This document shows positions 54,524 to 64,000 of a DNA stretch of 64,000 bases, piece after piece. The stretch covers positions 121,954,001-122,018,000 of the forward strand of contig OZ024745.1 of the NCBI GenBank assembly GCA_964016885.1, written 5' to 3'. The position numbers and the translations under genes are program-made. Numbering within the stretch: position 1 is the first letter of the stretch; each line of letters starts with the position of its first letter. This DNA comes from Eledone cirrhosa. Taxonomy: Eukaryota. The notes beneath the pieces are model-generated. The model was not told the origin of the DNA, made no database searches, and worked only from the letters and a program-made list of their open reading frames with translations.

Positions 54524-54752
54524 TTAACTCTTTAGCATTTACATTACTCTATATTTACTATTGTATTTTCATGGTAATGGCTTTATCTCATATAATTATC
54601 TCACATAATATCGAATCTATGAGATTTTGATATTATTTATTTTGAGAACAATACCTTAACATCAGTATGAGTGGCTGGTGACAGCCAGCTTGAACACAAA
54701 AGGGTGAGAGAATTCTGGCCGGATACGGCTGGTTTAAATGCTAAAGGGCTAA
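54524..54752 (-). mobile_element. MITE family A
   Basis: TIRs and body. Confidence 0.9.
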
Positions 54753-55484
54753 GAAGAGCGTGATCTGAGAGAGACTTGGCTGTTATTTTTAGCAGGTCAA
54801 GCCAACCATGTAAATGCCCTGTTGCTGTGTGTGTGTGTGTTTGTGTGTGTTAATGGTTACAATAACTCTACCATGATACAGTTGATTGTTGAATCTAGTT
54901 TAATTTTTCAACAATTTCCAGGATTGTTATTTTCCAATTATTAATTCATATTGGATTGATAATTATATTTATTAGAGTAGTGTTTTATAGTTTTATTGTA
55001 TTGCTCTGTCATTAGTAGAAATAAGATATTTTTTTCCAAGCATCTTGATAAATAATTTAGCAGATGTGTTGTATTTCTCTCTCACTATTTTTTGTGGTTC
55101 TATGTTTCTATTTTTTTTTTCTTTCTGAATCTAAACTAATTTTTGGTATCATGATGCCAGTTATTGGTTTATGAGAAGCACTGACTTGATTGTACAACCA
55201 TCCCAACCAGCTACCACTACCACCTCAACCATCACTTCCATCAAAGCCATCCTGGTTTCTGAGCAGGTAGAGCGAAAAAAAAAACAAAAACCAAATGCAT
55301 GTGTTAGCAATTAAGATTATTTCCTCAGCATGAGTGTTTTGCTATGCATTAAATGATATGATTTCTTTTTTTTCATAAGTATTTCTCTTGTAAAGTGCTT
55401 TTGTTGTTGTCATTGTGGTTGTTGTTGCTTATCATTATCATCATCATCATCATCATTATTATCATCATTATTATTATTATTATG

Positions 55485-55697
55485 TGGATTGGCAGTATTG
55501 GTAGAGAGTCGGACGCCATGCTTTGTAGCATAGAGTTACGGCCCTTGCCATTCTGAGTTCAAATCCCGCCGAGGTTAACTTTGCCTTTCATCCTTACGGG
55601 GTCGATAAAATAAAGCACCAGTAATGTACTGGGGATCGATTTAATCGACTTTCCCCTCCCCAAAAATTGCTGGCGTTGTGCCTATATAAGAAACCAT
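55485..55697 (+). mobile_element. tRNA-derived SINE, family 1
   Basis: A/B boxes, core, (TTA)n tail. Confidence 0.9.
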
Positions 55698-56269
55698 TAT
55701 TATTATTATTGCTATCATCATCATCATCATCATCATCATCACTTAGTTTCTTTAAAGTTGTTTCCTTTTTTTTTTTATTATTATCAAACCTCACACTTTC
55801 AGTATTATTGAATTTGTTTCTCTCCTGGTTTTGTTGTATCTATATTTGTCAGTATGTATGTATGTATGTATGTATGTATGTATGTACACCTACATACACA
55901 TATATATTTCTATTATGCTGCATGCTGTGTATGCTTTGTTTAAAGCTATCATCTCTTTCCTCTTTATATTCCCTCTGTGCTTTAAATTGATGGACAATAA
56001 ATATAGTTATGAAGTGTATATAGTATAAGGTGATTAAAGCTGTCAGTGTACATATAAATATATATGGGTCTGGAATTTGCAGTTGAAATGGCAAGAGCTC
56101 AGCCTTTGGGCTCTTACTCTCATATATATATATATATATATATATAAGAATAACATTAAGAAAGATGCTGATGTTATTCTTATATTGAATCTTCATCGTA
56201 ACTACAAACTACGAATGTAGAGAGCTTTCTCCTGCTTACTCTTGTTTTTACCAAAACAACTTCTACTGA

Positions 56270-56333
<64 letters not shown>

Positions 56334-56528
56334 TATATATATGTAGATAAATCTACCAAAATATACGGTAGTGTCCAATCCATATGAAGAACTCAATGTA
56401 ATCTAAATATCATGAAAAGAGAAGATACATTCAAAAATTTTCGATGAAAATCATAGGAAAACAGAGTCAAGATAAATAAAAAAAAACAATGAATAAAAAC
56501 AAAGAACAAGTTCCTTCTCTTAAAAAAT

Positions 56529-56662
56529 TCATCATTTTACGATCGTTTCTAGGATATATATGTGTTGGTATGTATATCATATAGATCTATGTAAAAATAT
56601 TACAAACTATCAGAGGAAATATACATACCTTCACATATATATGCTGTTTTCAGAAATGATGA
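56529..56662 (-). ncRNA. Hammerhead ribozyme fold with extended stem II
   Basis: TCATCATTT-CTGAAAA-[~95-nt hairpin]-GAAAC-GATC-GTA-AAATGATGA; perfect 9-bp stem I. Confidence 0.7.
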
Positions 56663-56877
56663 GATTTGTTTATTGAAAAAAACCAACAAAGATTTAATAT
56701 AATAGGTCTGTTTGGGAATAGGTTTTGAATTGACCAATAGAAAAGTAGTAAGAGGTCAAGTTGATAGAATAGTAGTAGTAGAAATTTAATTTAGGGGTAG
56801 AGGAGTGCAGACTTATGATTTGAATGAAAAGAATACTTTGGGGATGAAAAGAGGTCAAACCGGTGAAGGGTACACGA

Positions 56878-57215
56878 AAATTTGATGTTATTAAAGAATA
56901 ATGTTAAAAACGAAGGAAAGTAAAATTTTAGGGTAAGGGTATTAGTGAGAAATACCAATCTTATTTAAACCACAAGGAATCTAGATCTACAACAAGAAAT
57001 TAAATTAATTGATAGTATACTTATAGGGATAAATTTATATTAATTCATATGGATGTGATAAATAAGAATTAGATGTTATTAAAGAATGTTAAAAACGAAG
57101 GAAAATAAAATTTTGGGATAAGGGTAGTAGTGAGAAATACCAATCTTATATAAACTACAAGGAATCTAGATTCATAACAGGAAATTAAATTAATTTATAT
57201 GTATATTTTTAGGTA
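56878..57215. repeat. ~185-bp tandem duplication in the PLE 3' region
   Basis: GATGTTATTAAAGAAT..GAGAAATACCAATCTTAT..CAAGGAATCTAGAT occurs twice. Confidence 0.85.
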
Positions 57216-57350
57216 TTAATTTTAGGAAAAGAGAGCTGTAAGAGGGAAATAAAATTATGAAGTTCTCTGTAGTTAAGTACTAATTATAGGTTAACTAAAT
57301 TTAAAAAAACTAATTATAATAAAATGTAAAATATAAGTGTAAGGTGTATA

Positions 57351-59052
57351 TTAATTAGGTTTATAATATTTGAAGGTTCTTCTAATTCTATGATTGCAAG
57401 ATATAATTAATTCTTGTCGCTTATTTAATAGGATATCCTTAGATTTCATTATTTCAAAAAGTTTCTCATATCTATTATTTTGATAAGGGGTGGCCCTTTT
57501 GAGCACATGCCAGGTCAGGTTGTAATCGATATTCTTTTTTCTATAATTATTAATTGTTTCAGCCAAGGATGTTGTATTAGCTAGTGCAGCATTTTTAAAA
57601 CTATGTTTGTGGGTATTAAATCTTACTTTAAATTGGTTAGACATAGCTCCTATATATGAATAAGTGGAGTCCTTAGTGCTAATTTTACATTTATAGACTG
57701 TTATTAATAAGACAATTTCCCTTTAATGGGCAAATTCTTTTGTTTCTACAGTTACAACCATTCGTGAATATTATATCAGGGGAGTTAGTCAAATTTGGTG
57801 TGGAATTTACTCGACTCGTTATATGTGAAGGAGATGGTGGTTTGTTGCGGTTTATTTTAGTATTATGGTTGGTTTGATGTGTTGGTGGTATATTCGTGTT
57901 TTTTTAACATTTATATGCGTTGTACGCACTTATATTTTGTTGTATATTTTTGGTAGTGGAGTAGGAAAATTTGATAGTTGATCTATTTAAAATTTGATGG
58001 TATTTATGGTTTGGCAGGAAGTTTTTCTCTAGGATAGTAACAAATTTTTTAGGGATATTATCTTTAATTTGTAGATTAAATAGAGCATTATACCAAGTAA
58101 CCCGTCTATTACGGTTTCAATATTGTTTTTTATATTTATACGATGTATCAGGATGTTTACCAAGAGAGTTACTATTAGTGAATTTATTATATATAGGTTT
58201 AGTTAGATTCACTGATTTAGGTGTTTTAGTCTGATTATTAGGAATTTTGTTAGTAATGTTGTTAACATATATTGGAGTATTAGGATGAATGGTTTTTTGA
58301 AAGTTATTATATTTTATGTGAGAAGAGGTAGAGACATTAAGTTTTAAGTTGGTATTTTTAGGTGTAGCATGAGTGGCATTTAGGTGTGGATTTTTCATTT
58401 GGTGTTTGTTGGTAATATTGGGTTGTATGTTTGAAGTATTATTGGTGCAAGGTTTGTAGACTAATTTGTTTTTGTGGCCGCTTCTAGCTAAAGCTTCATT
58501 ATAAAAGGGCGCATTTTTATTGAATACATCCTGGTTAGATGAAAGGTTAGAGATTCTGAGTGAGATAGTATATGCTAGGTTTTTAAGGATAGATCTAGGG
58601 TGATTGGATTGTGAGTGTATGTAATGTAAGTTTTGGTTAGGTTTATGGTAAGGTTGGTAGATACCCGTAGATAGGTCTAAAGTTATATCTAGGAAATTAA
58701 CTATTTTGCTAGTGTTTTCAAATGTAATAGTGAGATTGTAATAGTCTTTGAGGAAAGTTCTAAGTTTTTTATTTTTTTTAATTTCTGATAGGCTAAGATT
58801 AGTGGAAAGAAGACAGTCATCACGATATAAACCACCTTTAAGGTGGGGAAAAGAAGAATTTATGTTAAATAGAAGAAAGAGGCCCACAAGATCGGTAATT
58901 TGGGCAGAATCACAAGAGCCTATAGTAATGTCGAAGAGATTACTATATGTATTTCTGGTCCAGTATTCCTTCTGAAATTCCAGTAGTGTTTGTCTAGCGT
59001 GCGTGATAATATTAATGTCATCTATAGTTAAGTTTGATCCTATTTTTGGCAT
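57351..59052 (-). pseudogene. PLE reverse transcriptase / GIY-YIG endonuclease ORF (one stop, at least two frameshifts)
   Basis: FDITIGSCDSAQITDLVGLFLL, GLYRDD, VNFLDITLDL, YHKPN..YIHSQSNHP, RRVTWYN, IKFSYS, CNCRNKRICPLKGNCL, VYKC..YIG..FKVRFNTH, LNKRQELIISCNH. Confidence 0.92.
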
Positions 59053-59811
59053 ATATATATATATAACAATGCTACCAACATCTTAGAAGTGAAATTACTT
59101 ATTTCGGTATGTATCCATGAAATAAAATATAGAAATATTCAAAATTTCCATCATGGAGATATGACTCAAGAAATAGAGTAAGTAGCATTGTAGAGAGTTT
59201 TTGTAGAGAGAACAAATGATATAGAATCTGGTGTACATAAGACGCATGTTCTGTATGGCATTGTAGAGAGTACAAATATTAATAATGTTGGACAAATAGT
59301 ATAAAAACTAAAAAATATAATTCTTGATGGTGAAATTAAAAACAAAACAAAACTGGATAATTTGATGAAGTCTGAAGTCACAAACAGTTAGGATCCAGTG
59401 AAGCAAAAGATAAGAAAATGAAGACAAAATTGAAGAAAGAAAATTGTAGATCTATAAGATCAATACATTCCATAGAAGTAAATGGTTAAATCATTATGTA
59501 ATAGAGTTGTGAAACAAAAACTATACTTTAAACAACACTTAAAACATTTTAAATATCAAAATATTAAAACTTCATAAAAAATTCAAAACCGCACCATCTA
59601 AATATAATGTGTTGATTACCTGCCTTGGCTTATAAAAAGGGTTTTCTCAGATACAAAATAGGGACTCTGCTTATATTCAAGTTTGTGATAATTAAAATTT
59701 AATGCAGTTGGGATTTAGACTAAGAATGCAGAGATATAAAGTTAAATATTGTAAAGTATTTAATTTGACATGCCACTAGTTCTACTCCATCATTGTTATA
59801 ACAACAGGAAT

Positions 59812-60030
59812 AATTGCTTCTAACATAGGCCTGAGGCTAGTAATTTTGGGGAGAGAGGAAAGTTGATTAAATTGACCCCAGCACTTTACTGGTATTTTAT
59901 TTTATCAACTCTGGAAAGATGAAAAGCAAAACTGACTGTAGCTGGATTTTAACTCAGAATGTAAAGGGCTGCAACTAAACCCTACTAAGTATTTTGTCTG
60001 ATGCTTTAACAATTCAGCTAAGCCACTGTC
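59812..60030 (-). mobile_element. SINE family 1 (diverged)
   Basis: Reverse-strand core and degenerate B-box. Confidence 0.75.
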
Positions 60031-60234
60031 CTTATAATAGAAATAATAAGATTTAAAGTAGAAGTTGAAAAATGATGTATCATCATTTATTGTCCACTTT
60101 CCTTGTTAACAAGTTATATAGGTTTGTGCAAAGCTTGCTGCCCAGGCCTGATGTGAAATATAAACCTGTTTTAAACTGCCCAATATTTCGGCAATCAGTG
60201 TTAAATATGATTTATTTAGCGGTTACATGTTTGT

Positions 60235-60555
60235 GTGAAGACATATAGTTTAGTGGTTAGAGCGTCGGGCTTACAATTGTGAGGTTGGTAGTTCGATTCT
60301 CAGACCGGTCTTTGCATTGTGTTCTTGAGCAAGACACTTAATTTCATATTGCTCCAGTTCACTCAGCTGTACAAATGAGTTGCGATGCCATGGCCTTTCC
60401 CTTGGACAACAGCGGTGGTGGGGAGATGGGAGACTAGTATGCATGGGTGACTGCTGGTCTTCCAAAAACAACCTTGCCCAGACTTGTGCCTTGGAGGGGA
60501 ACTTTCTTGGCGCAAATCCCATGGTCATTTGTGACCGAAAGGGGTCTTTACCGTT
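60235..60555 (+). mobile_element. CORE-type tRNA SINE, full length
   Basis: TAGTTTAGTGGTTAGAGCG..GTTCGATTC, CORE-like block, tail as at 43200-43340. Confidence 0.88.
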
Positions 60556-60944
60556 AACAGAACAAAAGTAAAGACCTAGACTTCTGAAAATGGTAGACCC
60601 TTGAATTGCCAATTGTCTACCTGGCTTACTTGCCCCTCCTTCCATTTTCTGGCCTGCATATAAATCTCCAAGTGGTAGAGAACTGTTATAAAGGGTGTCC
60701 AGCCATTGAAACCAAGCCAAAATCAGTCCGATCTGGTTTTTCTCACAACTCATCTAACCCATGTTAGTATGGAAAATGGACATTAAATGTTGATGATAAT
60801 GATGATGATTGATATAATTAGATCTGGTTATGCAATATAAGCATGCGGTATACTAAAATAATAGTAACATCTGTACATAAATGATGTTCTAGTTCCAATC
60901 TGAAGAGACATTTTTAGCTAAAGGATAAAAAAAAAAAAATAATG

Positions 60945-61128
60945 GTTTCTAATTTAGGCACAAGGCCAACAATTTTGGGGACAGGTAAAAATCAATCATT
61001 TTGACTCCAGAGCATCACTGGTACTTTATTTTATTAACCTCAGCAGGATTTGAACTAAGAGCATAAAGACATAACTCTATACCACAAAGCACATTGTCCG
61101 ATTCTCTACCGATTCTGCCAACCCACCA
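60945..61128 (-). mobile_element. SINE family 1
   Basis: Reverse-strand A/B boxes and tail. Confidence 0.8.
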
Positions 61129-61438
61129 CAAAAGAAATAATAATAAATAATATTTGAGAAAACAAGAAACCTGAATTTAGATGACTTTTTTCTTACTCAG
61201 TGTAATTTTTGGTTTGGAATCTTATCTGGAATTGGTTCAGTGTCTTGGTCATAATTTGTAGCTTTTATTCATTTTTCAAGATTGCAGATGTAATAAAAGA
61301 AAAAGAAGAAAGTTCAGTGCCTAATAGCTGCATGAGATAGGCTAAAGAGCCACTGCAAAAGATAAAAAAAAAAATATGGAATATGTCTCAGCTAAACAGT
61401 AAAAACACATTACTGGCCCTCAACAGTCAAATGTTGCT

Positions 61439-61650
61439 TTAACCCTTTAGCATTTACTATTGTATTTTCATGTTAACACTTTATTTTACATAATTATCTC
61501 ACATAATATCAAATCTATGAGATTTTGATATTATTTATTTTGAGAACAATACCTTAACATAAATATGAGCAGCCGGTTATGGCTGGTTCGAATAGAAAGC
61601 GATTAGGGAATTCTAGTTGGATACGGCTGGTTTAAATGCTAATGGGTTAA
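61439..61650 (-). mobile_element. MITE family A
   Basis: TIRs and TTAA flanks present. Confidence 0.9.
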
Positions 61651-62430
61651 GAGCCAGTCTGCTTCTAATATAAACTACTCGGAGACATAAGTCTGCTATA
61701 TTTTTTCATGCTTGGTTGTAGTGTTACTCTATGCTCACAACACCAATAATAATTGTTTATAATTTAGGACAGCAATTTGGGTGGAGGGGTTAGTTGAAGT
61801 GTGTCATGCAACTTCTGGTCTATGCTTTTATATTGACATGAGCTCCTTCTCTATCTTGCTTGATTCTATCTTCTAGCTTTTCTGAATGTTTCTTTGGAAT
61901 AACTTCATGACTTCTATGTGCTACTCTCAGTAGGATTATCCGCTGAGCATTTCTACTAAATCTAAAAAAAAAAAAAATCATGCATTATATTATTTTCAGA
62001 AAAAATAAATTTATTTAACCGTTTGGCTTGATAATAACATTCAAGAGAAAAGAAGTGTTAAATAATTTCAAAACTTCACTTTATGTTCTAAACCAGAAAG
62101 AAAATCTCTCTCTCTCTTCACGCACACATGATGTCTGTTTACAGAAAGTAGGCTAGCCATTGAAAGCTTAGTATTTTTGCCATGAATTCATCAGATGCCA
62201 GTGATAGTAGAATACACACTTTGTCCTTCAGACAGAAGGCTGAAACACTACTGAATTAGCTATCTCAGTGAGCTGGAAATTATGAATGACTTGGTGAAGT
62301 AGCTACTACAAAGACATTTGTCTTTTGAATAATTCAAAAAGGGATATTAATCATTTTAGTGTTATTTAATAATAATAATTGATCAAACTGAAAGTAAAAA
62401 AGTTTGAGTTTTAGAAAAAAAATAGGATGA

Positions 62431-62683
62431 GGCTATGTAGCCGGTAAAAGTGTCAGACAGTTGCGGCCCAGTTAAGACAATTTCAAATCTTTTTCACCAT
62501 TAATTATCAAAAAACAAGTTAAAATCATTTAGTCGTCCATTCGTAATGTATGTTACACTTTAGTTACATACACACACATCTACACGTAAATACATAAACA
62601 GATCAGACAACAGATGGAAGGGGCTGGTGAAATGCTATAGCGATGTGTGTTGCGTCCCTTTAGGGTTTACTGGCTACATAGCC
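62431..62683. mobile_element. 253-bp MITE with 18-bp TIRs (superfamily uncertain)
   Basis: GGCTATGTAGCCGGTAAA ... TTTACTGGCTACATAGCC (1 mismatch). Confidence 0.75.
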
Positions 62684-63487
62684 TATTTGAAAAAAATACC
62701 ACTACAGCTGTCAGTCACAACAGTATGACTTAATATGTACCATACTTTTGATAAAGGTTTTAGGTGCGCATGTAGTCATGAGTTGACATTCCTTCCTTTC
62801 AACAGCAGACAGCTGGAAATAGAGAGGGCTGCCCCAGAACTGGACAGATACTTTCTTTATTCACCCCAAAAGAATGAAAAGGTAAAATGGACCTTGGCAA
62901 GATTTGAACTCAGCACACACAGACTAGGAACAAATATCCAATGTTCTAATGTCTCCACCAAATCAACTGCCTCTGTAGGAAAGATAGACAGAATATTTTG
63001 ATGATCCCAAGTCAAATGGTCAAATTGGCTAAAGAAGGTTTTAGATTTTCAGTTAAAAGAAAAAAATTATGACATTGTTTTGGACGAGTATAGCAGTGTT
63101 AATGAGCTTCTTAAGATAGGTATATCTCCATTCCGATCCAGGGCCTTCTAACTCCTGTTAGAGAAACCCCTCCCTGGTTGACCACCACCACTTTCTATTT
63201 GGTTTTGGTCATGTCAGCGGTGTAGCCATACTCACCACACTTAGCCCCTTGTTGTGAGGCTGTTTAATCCATAGTTGGGATGGATGGCCATTGACTTTGA
63301 GGAGTTCATCCTCCCCTTTAACAACTCTTGATTTTTGTGCTGCTTGAGTTCCACTCACCCTCCTCACCAGACCATGATTTGGTGGGGGAACCAGTTTAGT
63401 CACCAACCACTCGAACCAGGTTGTACTGGGTTATATGGTACCAGTAGCAGGCAGAAGCCTGACTTGACCATAATATATATATATATA

Positions 63488-63672
63488 GGGCGGTGGATTG
63501 GCAGTATCGGTAGAGGGTCGGACGCCATGCTTTCCAGCATAGTTACGTCCCTTTACGATCTGAGTTCAAATCCGGCCGAGGTTGACTTTGCCTTTCATCC
63601 TTACGGGGTCGATAAAATAAGTACCAGTAATGCACTGGGTAATTGCTGGCCTTGTGCCTAAAGTAGAAACAA
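63488..63672 (+). mobile_element. tRNA-derived SINE, family 1, full length, inserted in (TA)n
   Basis: TGGCAGTATCGG, GAGTTCAAATCC, GACTTTGCCTTTCATCCTTACGGGGTCGATAAAATAAGTACCAG. Confidence 0.92.
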
Positions 63673-63773
63673 ATATATATATATATATATATAATATATA
63701 TATAATATATATATAATATATAATATATATATATATATTATATATATATTTATATATTATATATATATTATAT

Positions 63774-63810
<37 letters not shown>

Positions 63811-63884
63811 CAACATGAACGGACCTGTTATTTTTCTCTAAAAAGTTTTTCTCGCCACGTCAATCTTTATAATTTCTCATTCAT

Positions 63885-63920
63885 TCTTCTGATGAAGGAC
63901 TAGTGTCCAAAACGTTAAGA
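63885..63920 (+). ncRNA. Minimal hammerhead ribozyme motif (GAAA->AAAA)
   Basis: tctt-CTGATGA-a-GGAC-tagt-GTCC-aAAA-c-GTT-aaga. Confidence 0.65.
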
Positions 63921-64000
63921 CCCTCTTCCTACTATTATTTCAAGCATCAAACTGATATATTCCTTCCATATACTGTACCACTTGTGTTGTTATTTCTGTT

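Larger units (their letters stand above)
56344..59052 (-). mobile_element. Penelope-like element (Naiad type), 5'-truncated, between (TA)n tracts
   Basis: RT, linker, GIY-YIG and a ~1-kb 3' region with a hammerhead fold. Confidence 0.88.

Noticed and set aside
58117-58119. In-frame TGA in the PLE ORF as selenocysteine
   Set aside because: It lies in a basic run (KKQY*NRNRRVTW), not at a Cys position, so CGA->TGA decay is simpler; this copy's conserved Cys codons are TGT/TGC
60235-60310. tRNA gene (also 13752 and 63488)
   Set aside because: A/B boxes run directly into SINE bodies with no intact cloverleaf

Overview
This is AT-rich, microsatellite-dense eukaryotic DNA with no host exon I can support; it reads as intronic or intergenic and is largely made of decayed mobile elements. 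The repeat mix suggests an octopus or other coleoid cephalopod (inference from recalled SINE motifs). Retroelements: RTE, CR1-like, CRE-like and Ingi/Vingi-like LINE fragments, several tRNA-derived SINE families, and Penelope-like elements (PLEs) of Naiad type. DNA elements: about 18 copies of one TTAA-flanked piggyBac-type MITE, other MITEs, two Tc1/mariner fossils and four non-autonomous Helitrons. There are also several minisatellites. The most interesting signals are PLE-related. (1) A GIY-YIG fragment has an in-frame TGA exactly at a conserved Cys, a selenocysteine candidate. (2) A near-complete RT plus GIY-YIG PLE carries a hammerhead-ribozyme fold with a roughly 95-nt stem II. (3) A 200-bp palindrome consists of two back-to-back hammerheads. 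(4) Two minimal hammerheads lie elsewhere. Most long ORFs in the track are repeat artefacts. All family calls come from motif recognition by eye, with no database search, and boundaries are approximate.
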